From: Vezdaea acicularis | Taxonomy: Eukaryota | NCBI GenBank assembly: GCA_026025075.1 | Contig: JAPEUI010000092.1 | Coordinates: forward strand, 1-64,000 | Direction of reading: 5' to 3' | DNA: 64,000 nucleotides | Shown: piece by piece, positions 1-12,202 of the stretch | How the letters are laid out: each line of letters starts with the position of its first letter | Numbering within the stretch: the first letter of the stretch is position 1 | Position numbers and translations under genes: made by a program | Notes under the pieces: model-generated | What the model was told of the DNA's origin: nothing | What the model saw: the letters and a program-made list of their open reading frames with translations, nothing else | Database searches by the model: none

Positions 1-590
1 TTTCTTTCGTACACCGCCGGGGGGGGGGGGGCAAAGATGTCGGAATACACTTCGGCGCGTGCGTGAAGCGGGGTTGAGGTGGATTCGGACTTTTGGCCCC
101 GCACTGTACCAGTGCCAGCTTATGCGCTCACTTCCGGCAATGAATGACTATGATGGGGTTAGAGGCGTGATGGAAGCGAACGGGCGATACGGATGGAGTC
201 ATGCAGGGGCGCGCAGAAAGTATTGACGGCGCCGTGTGGAAGTATCGATGAGTGCGGAGGAAGAGAAAGGATAGAGTACAGTAGACGTCCGATTCATAGC
301 ACCCATCCACAGGAGTCGTAGTAACAGCAGCAGCGAACAACCGCGTCCATAAAAAAATGGCCGCCAAAACAACGCCTATACGCACACACCCCACAAACGC
401 GACCCACCAGCGCCAATTTCCGTTTCCGTGAGTAAGAGAAAAGGGGGGGGATACAGGTGAGAACGCCGGAAAGATAGTCAGTCCACAAAACACCTGATCG
501 CCAGCACCAGCACCAGCACCGAGCCTCCTCCGGATCTAAGATCTCCGTCCGGATATATGCACAAAATATCCCACCCCCCTCCCTCCCTCC

Positions 591-3500
591 CTACTTCCCG
601 CCTCCCCTGCCCCCACCAAGGGCCCTACCGCCCCGTCCCAGACTTCCCCCCGCGCGGGTCCGCTCATCATAAACCCTCGTGACCGCATCACGGAGGAAGG
701 TCGCACGCGTCATTCCCTTAGGCGGGGGGGTCCAGACATTCCATCCGTGCTGGGCAGCGACGAGGAAGGCCTCATTGCCAGGGAGAAGAGCGGGGGTGGC
801 GAGTTCGAGGATAGCGGAGGGGCCGAGGGTGAGGAGGTGGTGCGTCCATTCTTCTGTCAAGGGAGTTAGTAAATCAGGTTGTATTTGGATGGGTGGATGG
901 ATGGATGGATGGATGGATAGAAAGGTGGAAAAGGGGGAAGTGGTATGCTTACCGAGGACGAGCTTTTCCTTGTCCGGGCCACCGATGATAACTTCTTCCT
1001 CCACGGGAGCAAAGACGCCGAATTCTCTCGCAAAACACCGTTTCTCCTCGCGGAGAAGCCCCTTGATCAGCACGCCCAGACACATCCACACCTCCGCCAT
1101 ATCGCACATCTCGCGCGGCTCGAGGCCCCCCGCATTGCCTCTACCGAAACTATCGCCCACCCCGAGAAAGACGCCTTGCGTCTCCCACTCGAGCGGGCCA
1201 AGACTACTACTTGAGCTGGGCTTGGCGTGCGCGACGAGACCGCCGCGTAGCCAGTCGAGCTGCGCGGAGAGCTCGTACTCGCGGCCTTTGCCGCTGCCGA
1301 AGATCTTGCAGAAGGACCATACGCGCCAGAAAGCGTCGTCGAGCTCGAGGGAGCGGCGGTCGTCTTCGCCGGCTAATGCGGAGCGCGTCTCGGCCCGGAT
1401 GTAGGGGGCGCAGCGCTCGAGGATGAGCGATTTCAGGGCGACCATGGTGTACAGGTCGCGGGTGTAATAGGTGAGGTAGGTGGAGGGGGTGTATTCGGGC
1501 ATGGGTGCGGCGGAGAAGGGTTCGTGTTGCTCGTGCTGCTCGCAGGCGGGCGGGGTGATCTCGCGCAGCTCCCAGGCGGCGGGCGACATGGCGCGGAGAG
1601 CGGATTTCATCAGGCGCAGCTCATGACGCTTGAACGTGCGGTAGAAGCCCTTGCTCACGACGGCCGCGGAGAAGAGGTCCTGCAGGTTGTCGAGAGATTC
1701 GAGGATGCGCAAGAGGACCGCTTCTGCGGCGGAGGGGGTGATGGTGCGTTCGCCGTCGCGCTCTTGCTGGGCTCGGAGTTCGGCGTAGGCTGATTGGGAG
1801 CTGGGCATATTGGCGTACATGTCGGGGATGTCCGAGACGGCAATGGAGCAGAGTGACCGGACAGTCGCGGTGCTTTTGGGGCGGCTGCGGCGTTCGGCGA
1901 TCTCGGACGCAAAGTCGGGGATAGGTGGGGGTGGGTACATGGATTGGTAGACGGAGGCGGCGGTGCTAAGTGACCAGCGGGACAAGCGTTCGGACTTTTG
2001 AGAGGACTTCCGAGAGAGGGCGTCTTTAGATCTACTGGACGCTTTGCTGATCATGCGTTTGTGCAAGGGCTCCTGTTGGCGTGCCCGTGCCTCCTCGACA
2101 ACGTTCTGGGTCATCTGGAGGATGGCTAGTCGATGGTGAACTTCGAGAACGGCCGGATCTGGCTTTGCTTCGGCGGAGTCAATGCTGGTGTTGGGGCTGT
2201 GGGGCAGTGACCTCGAATGTCTACGCTCGTGCATCATGACCGGCGACGTCCTCCCCAGGAACTTCTGGGCCTTCGTAGAGTACTGGAAGGTGCTTGCGTC
2301 TGTGACTGATGAATGCCGGGAAAGCGAATTGTTACCCAACATGGAACCTGTCGGCGAAAGCGGCCTTAGCTGGTTAGCCACGTGCGCTGAGAGCCGTAAA
2401 CTTCTCCTAGACCCCTCGGAAGGATTCGGTGCCGCTGGTACTACTGGAGGAACTGGGGGAGATCGGGAAGACTGCGACACCGTCGGCCCATGCGCAACCT
2501 GAGGAATCTGAAAGTGCTCATTCAACACCGGACTATCGGCACGGCATGAGCCGTAATCGATAGATCTCGCGTCTTCCGAGATTGTTGAAAGATGTATTTC
2601 CAGCTCTAGTTCTAGCTCCTCCATTGCTTGGTTCTTTTCTTCGACGGGAAGAGGCTGCGTCATCTGGAAGGCTTGGTCGAGCGCATCTAATTCGTTGGTG
2701 GAATACTTGCTGGTCAAGGAGCTCCTTAAAGCGCCGGGAGCGGTCATCCATGGTGCCGGCTTCCTAGGAACCATGGCCACCACCGGCGGTTGAAGCAAAG
2801 GAGAAGCAGACCTCGCGGCCGAGGGGGCAGAGCCTTTCGAGATTGTGCGTGAAGGAGGCTGGCCACCGGGTTTAAGGGGCTCCGGCTCCATTTTCATCGC
2901 CGAAGGTTTCCCCAGTGGCATCTCTAGATCAGTCGGCTCTGGTGGTAGTGGCTTCCTATCCAAGTCTCTCAGACCGTATTTCTCCCTGATCGCTAAAGGT
3001 ATTGTCGGCATCGGCGGTTGTGACTCGTCTAGAACTCCGGCCCGGGCTGGCGAGATTATCGAGAAAGCAACGCTTCCTGTAGTACTCAGAGGTCGCCCAT
3101 ATTCCCCATGGGCGTTAGCGTCGTCGTCGACACTGGAGATAGACGATCGCTTGCTGTAACAAGATCGGTCGTCATCCTTGCTTTCATCTGAGGATGTTGT
3201 TGAGGATGACGTCTGCGCGGAACGCTGAACTTCATCCGACTTCTTCGTCTCTGACCCGAAACCTAGGCTTTTCAACGCCGGCAACGTTTCATCCATGGGC
3301 TGCGAACTTTCTTCATGGAGAACCGCAATCGTGATCGGCGCAGCTCGTGAGAAAGGTCTCAGGCTCTTCTTAGGTCTGGGTCGTTCATGCGAGTTAGCTG
3401 ATTGGGACAACTTTGGATTCGTCGAAGCAGATCGACTGATATGGGGTCTTGTGAGGCCTTGTAAGGTAGGAGTGGCGCTTGAAGATTTTGAATTAACCAT

Positions 3501-4502
3501 CAGAGGCGGGCGCGCCAAAATCGGTGTTGGAGCGCCAAGGCCAAGACAAATTGATTCGGTCGATGTATTCACACTAGAAACTCTCCGCAGGCCCGTGAAC
3601 CTTTTGCGATCTGGTATCGATAAAGCAGGTGACGAGAGACTAGTGCCGCTGGCCGCTACAGAGTCAATGCTTGCTTGTTTGCGTAAGCCACACCCAATAG
3701 TTTTCTTGGGCGCAAGAGGGTCCGACCGTAGCAAGGCTTCCGGCGCTGAAGGCGTTCGCAAAGCAACGATTGACTTTGAGTGGTGGTTTTCGGGAATGAT
3801 CAAGTTGATCTTCGGCCGCTTGTCCTTGTGTGAACTGCGCCGTGTAGGTTCGTTGCCCGCTGCCTTCTTTTCTCGAGGTTCCTCTCTTGCGCAGCCACTT
3901 CCTTCAGTCTTTGGATCGAGAGCTGTAGGAATTGGCGGGTTTGCCCAGTGAGGTGTCCCATCCAACCAAAGTCCCATAAAATCCGGATGAACCTCTCCCT
4001 CCTTGTCAGTGACCTCTGTACATGCCACTGACGCTCTGATCTCGGAATAAGTCGGTAGCCAATCTCTCGTATCGTTTGTTACCGTGGATATCGACATATC
4101 AGGCGTTTTAGGTTCCGATGGGTGCGGGGACGAGCCAGTGCTCAACGATGGAGTGTCTGTCAGCCCGAAGAACCTCTTTCGAGGTTCGGTAGTCTGTTTT
4201 GACATTTGTAACGATTGTAACGCTGGGGTGAGCTCCGGCTCGGGGGTAGCTCGTAGTATTTGTCCATCCACGCTCTTCTTCTCACGCAAGTGGCGTTTCA
4301 TGTCCTTTGAAGACAATGACGATGCAAGAAACTTCATAGTGGCGATTCCAGAGCTTCGATGTCGAGTAGAGTTCGCCGCACTGCGCCTTGAAGCCTGGCA
4401 TGTACAGATTTTCTGCGCCTTGCGTCTGCTGCGCCTTGTTTCCCAGAGATCGATTGATGGCTGAGATGTAAAGGAACTCAGGGAGGTTCCAGAGAGAGCC
4501 AT
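591..4502 (-). CDS. Large Ser/Pro-rich protein with C-terminal F-box-like region (uncharacterised Pezizomycotina-type protein)
   Basis: 1303-codon ORF with a long low-complexity N-terminus and a globular C-terminus (AEAVLLRILESLDNLQDLFSAAVVSKGFYRTFKRHE resembles an F-box helix bundle). One in-frame intron 854..952 (GTAAGC...ACTAAC...CAG). The 5' end may extend further upstream. Confidence 0.75.
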   Translation of the reverse strand: MALSGTSLSSFTSQPSIDLWETRRSRRKAQKICTCQASRRSAANSTRHRSSGIATMKFLASSLSSKDMKRHLREKKSVDGQILRATPEPELTPALQSLQMSKQTTEPRKRFFGLTDTPSLSTGSSPHPSEPKTPDMSISTVTNDTRDWLPTYSEIRASVACTEVTDKEGEVHPDFMGLWLDGTPHWANPPIPTALDPKTEGSGCAREEPREKKAAGNEPTRRSSHKDKRPKINLIIPENHHSKSIVALRTPSAPEALLRSDPLAPKKTIGCGLRKQASIDSVAASGTSLSSPALSIPDRKRFTGLRRVSSVNTSTESICLGLGAPTPILARPPLMVNSKSSSATPTLQGLTRPHISRSASTNPKLSQSANSHERPRPKKSLRPFSRAAPITIAVLHEESSQPMDETLPALKSLGFGSETKKSDEVQRSAQTSSSTTSSDESKDDDRSCYSKRSSISSVDDDANAHGEYGRPLSTTGSVAFSIISPARAGVLDESQPPMPTIPLAIREKYGLRDLDRKPLPPEPTDLEMPLGKPSAMKMEPEPLKPGGQPPSRTISKGSAPSAARSASPLLQPPVVAMVPRKPAPWMTAPGALRSSLTSKYSTNELDALDQAFQMTQPLPVEEKNQAMEELELELEIHLSTISEDARSIDYGSCRADSPVLNEHFQIPQVAHGPTVSQSSRSPPVPPVVPAAPNPSEGSRRSLRLSAHVANQLRPLSPTGSMLGNNSLSRHSSVTDASTFQYSTKAQKFLGRTSPVMMHERRHSRSLPHSPNTSIDSAEAKPDPAVLEVHHRLAILQMTQNVVEEARARQQEPLHKRMISKASSRSKDALSRKSSQKSERLSRWSLSTAASVYQSMYPPPPIPDFASEIAERRSRPKSTATVRSLCSIAVSDIPDMYANMPSSQSAYAELRAQQERDGERTITPSAAEAVLLRILESLDNLQDLFSAAVVSKGFYRTFKRHELRLMKSALRAMSPAAWELREITPPACEQHEQHEPFSAAPMPEYTPSTYLTYYTRDLYTMVALKSLILERCAPYIRAETRSALAGEDDRRSLELDDAFWRVWSFCKIFGSGKGREYELSAQLDWLRGGLVAHAKPSSSSSLGPLEWETQGVFLGVGDSFGRGNAGGLEPREMCDMAEVWMCLGVLIKGLLREEKRCFAREFGVFAPVEEEVIIGGPDKEKLVLGKHTTSPFSTFLSIHPSIHPPIQIQPDLLTPLTEEWTHHLLTLGPSAILELATPALLPGNEAFLVAAQHGWNVWTPPPKGMTRATFLRDAVTRVYDERTRAGGSLGRGGRALGGGRGGGK
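887..917. repeat. (GATG)n microsatellite inside the intron of the F-box-like gene
   Basis: ggatgggtggatggatggatggatggatgga read directly. Confidence 0.9.
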
Positions 4503-7500
4503 GGTGGTGTGATGGCCGTGTTTCTAATGTACTGTGCGGGCCGTGTTTTGAATCGTAGGCGAAAGGGACCTGCAGGCAGCATCACGTTTAGCAAGCAGTT
4601 CACCTGCAGTCGCTCCAGGGAGCGGGAGGCGGGGAAAAACTTACCAGAGATTGAGCTTCGTCTGCTAAATACTTCCGACCGCACTTAGCCGTTTGATCCT
4701 GCACCAATAGTGGCAGTCGGCCTTCGGGTGTCGAGTAGGGATACGCGCGGGATGCCGTCCGCCGTCAGGATCGAGCTGTTCACCTCCTTTCCCCCAACCG
4801 TAAATCTAGACTCGTGATGTCGCCCTATACGAAGCGCCTACAGGAAGGAGATTGTTATGGGAACTGTCGACAACAATGGAGGAGCGGGTACGGGAGGGGT
4901 TCAACGCCGCGACGATAAAAGTTTAACCCGTTCTGACCGCGGAGGAGGGTTTGCGCGCGGTCATATACCCTAGCTGTGGTGCCATATACAGCACCGCATG
5001 CGCCGCGAGCTTCGATGAAAGCGAAGACATCGCCCTGCTGATCCGTCATGATACCAGTCGCCGTCCGTTGACGCCGCGAGGCTGGTCGATGGTGCCGGGT
5101 GCTTCCAACCGAGCAAGTACGTATGTGATCCCGGATATACGACTGACATCTGCTAAGGCGTCTGATCATTGGTCCCAGATCGGCAACTTTCCACGACACG
5201 GCTGAAAACGAGCGAGAGCGGGGGGACCCAAAGGCCTTGCGCCCACCTGGTGCGTTCGGGCGTGAAGAAAGTGGACAATCATCCCACCATTAGCGTTTGA
5301 TCTAAGTACAGCACCAACGTGTGGCTGGTCCAGATCCTCGAATCTAGTCAGGAACAGCGTGAGGCCCCAAACCATTTTACGGCGCAAGATGTCACCCATC
5401 GCGACGATGGGGTGAGCGCCGTGGCACAGACAGACAAGAAGAGCCTAACGTCAAAATGCTTTTCTCTTTTCTTCCACACGGCTTACCGCACAGAGTGAGC
5501 GAGGATGAGGAGTGACAAGAGGATGAGTGCAAGTTAGCGCGAAGGGCGAGGTTCCTTCCGCTAGCCTCTTGGGGCTAGATGCTGCTTTGCCACGAGCCTA
5601 GCGACGGGTAATCCGAGATGGTGGGGGAACGGAGCCTGTGGTTGCTCAATCGCCTCCAGAGCAGCGCAAATCCGGCCCTGGTCCACACGCAATTATCCGT
5701 GCTTAGTGTTGGCAGCCCTCCAAGGTTGCAGGGGCCGATTTTGAGAGGCTTTTGGAACGTGTTTCATATTGCCCGTCCGACTTCGTATACAAGGGCACAG
5801 TATTCGCCCCTCTCTCGCTCGAATAGCCATTGACTCTGCCAGTTCGATTTCACAAGTATGAAGTATATCTCGATGCGATGAAGTGGGCTCAGCAACGAAC
5901 AGACTGTATGGTGTAGATGAAAGTCGAAGGAGCAAGACACCGCAATCTCTCAACTTCCCTTCGCTCTGGAAGCAGTGAGCTGGATCTTCTGAGTTTTCCG
6001 CGGATTTTCTTTTGCATGGGCAGCTTTTCCTCGCGCTAGAAGCACGTTGTCTGCCCGCAAAACTCTGTCCTCAAGAGGTACCCCTTGCCGTCCGACTCTT
6101 TCGCCATCGCCATGCGAGAAAGGCTGGGATCTTCTAACGAGGTGGTTCGTGCGCAAGCATCGCATGGCCGCACGTCCTTTTGCTTGTTCGTCCCTTGTCT
6201 AGGGTGAAATGGCCGAGAGCCGAAAGTCTCCCCCTCTTTGCGTATGGCGAATCATCGCGAATCGTAGATGTCTCACGGAAGTAGTATACGTGATAGAGCT
6301 GCGCTCACTCGTATGCAGGCGAGGGATACGACTTGTCGTTACGTCAATCTCAAGATGAGAATCCTTGAACGACATCCAGGCTTGCTACATGGGTCTCTCT
6401 TGATCGCCTGACGATGACCCTCAACGCACCCATACAGTTTGTAGAAAGGACTGAATATGTCTCCGCTGTTCATGAACGTCGTCGCCGAACTGATACTAAA
6501 CTTTTCGAGAAGACCGAAGAGTTCCCGCTCCTTCTCTGCTCCCTTTGCATGCCTACTTCCCAAACAGTTTTGATTTCGCCGCTATCCGATAGAGGAGGTT
6601 GATAAATCTGATGCGAAGGCGAAACTGCCCAATGGCCTCCACAGGCGAGGCCCCGACCGAGCAGACCAAACGCTGGCGTCAATCCACGGTAAGCCACATG
6701 ATTGGCGCTGTTACGGATAAATAGAAGCCAGTCCTCGATACCAAAAGTGTCAAGTTTCTCGGCCCCGTGCCGAGCGACTCAATCTCCGTGGGTGCGAAGC
6801 CGCTGGTGTGACCGTGCATTCGCATATGCCGTCGGATCTTGGTAGAGAGGGCTGCCTGTGCTGCTGACGCGTGGAGATGAGCGAGCGAGACCATGGTTTC
6901 GACCGATCTTCATAGAGAGTTACCGTGGCGTCCGGGGGTGAACGGAAAACTCAATTGATCGTCGTTGGCAGGGAAGAATCTGAAGCTGGTGCTAGGCGTT
7001 TGAGGATGCGATGGGGGCGTGCCAGAAACAGAGCGATCGTCTCACAATCGCCGTGAACCTTTTAGAGACGACCTATTGTGTGCGAATAAAGCAGTACCAA
7101 AATTGGGATATACTCAAGTGGTCAAACGCGTTCGATCTTTGATGTGACGTCCATGTTGTATTAATACTTTTCGTCGTTTCATTCGACGAAGAATCTAAGG
7201 GTAGCAACTTGGTGGCGTTCAGGGCGAAGCTCGGTTATGGCACGGACTGTCTTTTTTGGAAACTCAGGCCCCTTTCGGAAACGCAGGTACGCGGCGCAGA
7301 GCAGAGATCAGAAGGACCCATTACTGTCTCCACACAATATCAGTACTAGTAGTACGGGATCATAGATGCGCCTTATTGATTGGAAACATACGCCAGCTTT
7401 TTTGATCGCAATACATCCGTGGGCTTGTTGAATTTCTCATCGCAAAAATGTAAGCCGGTCATATAAACGCGTCAATTTATTCTATTACAGGTCCCGTGAA

Positions 7501-8017
7501 GAACTAGCTACTTGTCACCGTTTTGGGGCGCGAATCCGTACCTAAGCTATCTGTATGTCGACATGAAGACAACAACTTCATATAGTACTAGGGACCGTCT
7601 TTTGTTCAACGGCAAATAACCAAGACACCCGCGTTTTTGAATTAATGACTCTGATGTTCACACCACACCACCTTTTTCGCCGCTCTGAGACTGTATGCGA
7701 TTTTCGAAAGCAATGCACTGCACAGAGACCTGTCCTCTTGTCGATATGTTCCATTTGTTATGTTTGAGTGCAGTCTGCAAGTCCTTTTCATCGATCCGGT
7801 CTCTCTTTTGCACAGCAACGCCAACTAGATAGTCACCGTACAGTTGCTGTACCACAGAAAAGCGCATTGAGAGATCGTTGGAGCATGAAGAAGATGGACA
7901 AGGGTTATGGGCCGTGAAAAATCGGCAGAAAAGGTCAATTGGTCACATGAATTAAGCTTTGTGGACATTCGACTCATTAACTCAAAACGTAGGTTATTTA
8001 AGTCCTTTGCCGTTTTC

Positions 8018-10505
8018 TCAAAGCTCGAAGATGGGTTTTGCGCGAGAGACTCTGCCTTTTTTATCCTAGTGTGTAAATAAGTCTAGTTGGCTTAGACTTC
8101 ATGAGACTGGAGGGAAGAGAGCACTTACAAGCGAACCATTCATGAAACCCAGGCCATCCCGACCAATAGAGACAGGCAGAATATCTTCTGGAAAGCCCAT
8201 AAACTGCGCGAACGACTCTTGTATACCAGCTTCGTCTTTGGTTGGGGCCAGCACGTGTTGAGCATCACCGGTCAATCCGTCATCGGCTAGGGCAAGTAAT
8301 TCAAGTTCTAACGATTCATGCTTAAGCGCGGAAAAGTCGGGCCCTCCTTGAGTTGTGGGTGACAGTGCAAGGTCGTATTCCTTTTGATGTTCAGCCGATG
8401 TTTCTTTCCTTTCAAACGAATGAAGAGGTCTGAAGGCGCTCTGGTGAGGATTCGAGTGTGTACGGCGGCGGTTTGGTAGAACTTTTCCAAAGCTCACCTT
8501 TTTGCTGATACGCTCGGTGGCATGCAATGGGGGTGGTTGTGGGGCCCAGACGCGATCTGGGTGATATTCCCAATACGATTTGAACGGGTCTAGTCTGACA
8601 AATTGTCTTTCCTTCGCAGAGTTTGGCTTGTGCTCCTTCATGGCAGGAGGAGGGCAAACCCAGCTTGGACGTGGCACTTGGGCTTGAGATAGACTCGGGC
8701 TTCCAAGACCTGCTGTTCGGCGAAAATCTTGGGTATTCGGCTCGGAACGGATATTATCCAACTTTTTCGATGACTTCTCGACCGCCTCAATTCTGGCAGA
8801 TAGCGGTTTAACTTGATGTTTTGGAGCCTGAATTCTTTCCCTTTGTACTTGAACATTTTCCGATTGTTCTTGATTCTGTGCCGCCTTAACTTGAACATGT
8901 TCTGCAGTTGCTTGAAGCCTTTTCCCCTGCACCTGGGATGGTCCCATTCGTATTGCCAACTGTCCACTAGCTGTCTTTACCTGCTCTGTTGGCTTTGCTG
9001 AGAGTCTATTGATTTCAGGGGTCTGGTTCTGGATACCTCCAATATTCAGGTTTGGGGCAACAAACCCTTTGTCAAACTTTCTGGAAGCTTTCAGCTTTTG
9101 CGGATTGGTTTCGATTACTTTTTCTTTTTCTCGATTACTCCATTCTGAAACTGATATATCTTTTTCCTGTTTGAACAGCTCCTGCCCCATGATAGATGGT
9201 TCTGAAACTCTTTGTTTAGGCAGCCTTTGTGAAGTCTTTGTTGAAGCTGCCTCGAGTATGCTAGTTTTGGCTAGTCTCTGGCTTTCTCTCCGCTCTTTAG
9301 CGAATAGAATTGCCTCTCGGGTTTTATGATTTTGAGGGCTTTTTTGAAGACCAATCTTGTTGCTTCCGTTCGCATTTTCGAATGCCCGAAAATCCTGAGG
9401 AAAGGTGGGCACCACGTTATCACAAGCCCTTATTTCGTTGTTGACAGGATTAATATTTTTGTTGGCCAATTGTCCATTCAGATTCATGGAAACAGGAACA
9501 GTCGTCTCATCCATCTTTAGCTGCTGAAAGCTCTCCCCAACAGCAGACACATCATCCTTGACAGGTTTTGAAGCAGTCAGGGCGATTTCAACAGTATTTG
9601 AGTTTTTTTTGTTTTTTCGATGAGTAGTTGAGTTATCTAAAGCTTCTCCCAAAGCTCCATGACTGGTGTAGGCTTTGAGCAAATCTTGAGAATGTGTTTG
9701 AACGGCAGGCGAGTCCTTTTCACCATTCGCTGAAATAGCGCTCGCGCGGTTTGGTTTTGATTTCTTGCGTCTCTTTCGAAAGACCGCCGAGTCATGATCT
9801 TCTGCCTTCCGCTTACTGATCCTTTCAGGAAGGTAGTTGGGCCCAGGGCTTTCTGCTGAGTCCAAGGATTCAACAGTGCCCCGGATAACTTTTCGAGGTG
9901 GGCTAACGGCTACACTGAGATCAGTGGTAGCTTTCTCGCACTGTTCCGTAGCAGTCGTTGTATTTTGCAAGGAATGTACTTGAACGTTCACTTGGCTCGG
10001 TGTCTCTGATAAGAACAATGCATCTTTGGTGAATGCGTTGGTCGCTGGATTTTCCCCAGATCTCTGCGGTGGTTTAGCTACTTCATCTTCATTAATGATT
10101 GGTAGTAACACTTTAAAAGTCTTCGCGGTACAACGTTTTAGAAGATTTCCGATGGGGTCAAATAGCTTGACAGGAGTCTTCTGAGCAGCCTTCAAGCGCT
10201 TAATTGCAGCTGCGTTTTTGAATTTAGCACTCCAGTGCTCAATTACATCAGCCTCGTTGCAACCAACACTAGATCTATAAGCAGCTGTCTGAAACGAGAA
10301 TCTGCAGGGCTCACCAAAGTTTTTCTCGAGCAGATGCGGTGAAAATCGGCTTGTTGCAATTTTTGCATCTCGCACGCCGGCCTTTTGAAAGAGATGGCAT
10401 TGAGCTAGGCTTAGGTTGAAGTTGCAAAGTGTTTTCATCTGGAGAGTTTAGCATTTTACTTGATGGTGACGCACGAAGGGATCCACTAGCATTGAGCATT
10501 TCCAT
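8018..10505 (-). CDS. Uncharacterised, probably nuclear protein with a putative C4 zinc-binding motif; 5' end unresolved
   Basis: Long ORF 8099..10438. Intron 8066..8128 (GTAAGT...TAG) joins ...GLGFMNGSL to DKKGRVSRAKPIFEL* (stop 8018-8020). Intron 10269..10314 joins ORF 10311..10505 to give RCKNCNKPIFTASAREKLCVGC. Basic NLS-like FRKRRKKSK. Confidence 0.65.
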
Positions 10506-12202
10506 TGGTATTGCATCGGTGGCTGCATATAGCGTAACACGCAGTTATCCGGCCGTAAGTGCCTTCACAGTTGGCTGGGAGACCTGAGACTCCTGACTAA
10601 ATCTGTTTAGGGCCTAAGTCGCGAGAGTCTGGTCCTGCACCAATAGCTAGGATCTACAATCACCCCTAATTCCAGATACAACCCGCAAGCTTGCCTGGAA
10701 GAAGCTTCAGTACAGCAAACGCAAAATTTACACATTGAATGAGCTAAAGGCTTTGACTAAGTTGCCAGGACTGTTTTAAAGAGGTTTGAGCGTATATCTA
10801 GCATCCTGCGCGCTCCGTCCCAGGATCAGCAAAGTAGGATAAAAAGGCTTCTTAAATATGATAAGTATACTCTTCAAGCATCGGTGACTACAGCTTGAAG
10901 GCTATGCAATGATGTCTCAGGTCTTTTCAGTTTTTCAGGTCTTCATCCTGCTGTCCTAGGAGGTTCACACTTTTGGAGACTGTCGTCTACACTGTTGACA
11001 GTATCATGAAGAAAGAAATCTTCTTGTGTCAACGCAGACTCTCTCAACTACCGATGCCCTTGGGCAAAGTCAAGCAGCCATGCAAGGGATCGCAGCTGGC
11101 TTAGGCAGGTATTACGGTTCAAAGCGGTCCTTTCCGTCACTGCCATTGGCACCAGCTCGTGGGAAGGTAGAGATGAAGCCCCATAGAGTGACTGTTGTCA
11201 TATGCACCGAGTGTTCCAAGGTATTAGGCCTATAAGCTTAAGGCCCAAACCGTCTTGCCACTTGGAACTGCCCTTCAACCAACCAGGAGGCCTCGCAGGT
11301 GGACATGCTTAGCGCTGTAGGAATAACGGAGAGCCTAGGATGAAGAAGCGTCCTTTAAACACTTGATCAAAGGTGCCTTGTACAGCTAAAAGAGGGACCA
11401 TCGTAGGACATGACGCAGTCTGACCTTTTACCAAATTCTCATCATCGGCAACTCATTGGAAGGTGTTTAGGATGACATTTTCTTGCCAAATCAAGAACGC
11501 ATTTAGAATTAAGAATGGTGAAAAATCAGTGCGCGGATGATTTCAAAATAGTGAAATGTAACACTGAAAAACTTACTTGATTATCGAGTGTCTGATCATG
11601 GGCACCGACGTATTCCAAGTATCTGCCTTTTTCCGCTATTCGGCTCTTGTCCGTGTCCAGTATGTGCTATGGACTTTCCTGGTAGCAGAAGAATGGCCTC
11701 CACTTCCTACAGATCATCGGATCTCGAATCATCAGGCTCATATATGCTGTTTGCGGGTATCTATCTCGTCGTAATGTGGACGCACCCTCTTTGTCCGATC
11801 AACATAGAGTCGCAAGAATACATTCTGGCTACCCGTGTTATTGGGTTATATTGACATCCGTAAGAGTGGTAACTTCGGGCTTGGATATGTCGACGCCATA
11901 TTCCGAACGCAGATAGGAAGTGAAGACGCAGCAGGCCGCTGTGGACGGAAGAATACATTAGAGCGTACCTGTCAAATGGAGGGATGGAATAGTTTCAAGC
12001 CACACTTTGGGAAGCGAAAGACGTCGGATGCACTTCGCCTAAGTTATGCAGCTCATTGAAAGCGAATTGCCCTTTCAGGCAATTAGAAGACGTCGGACGG
12101 GAAGAGACCCTGCATCACAACTTTCCAGGCCCGCAAACTGCAACAGGTATGCTTATAACTAAAGAATATATCTAGAAGAGAAGGCTACTGGAATCTGGAG
12201 CC

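Noticed and set aside
7105..7150. tRNA-like A-box (TCAAGTGGTCAA)
   Set aside because: No cloverleaf, T-arm or acceptor stem follows.
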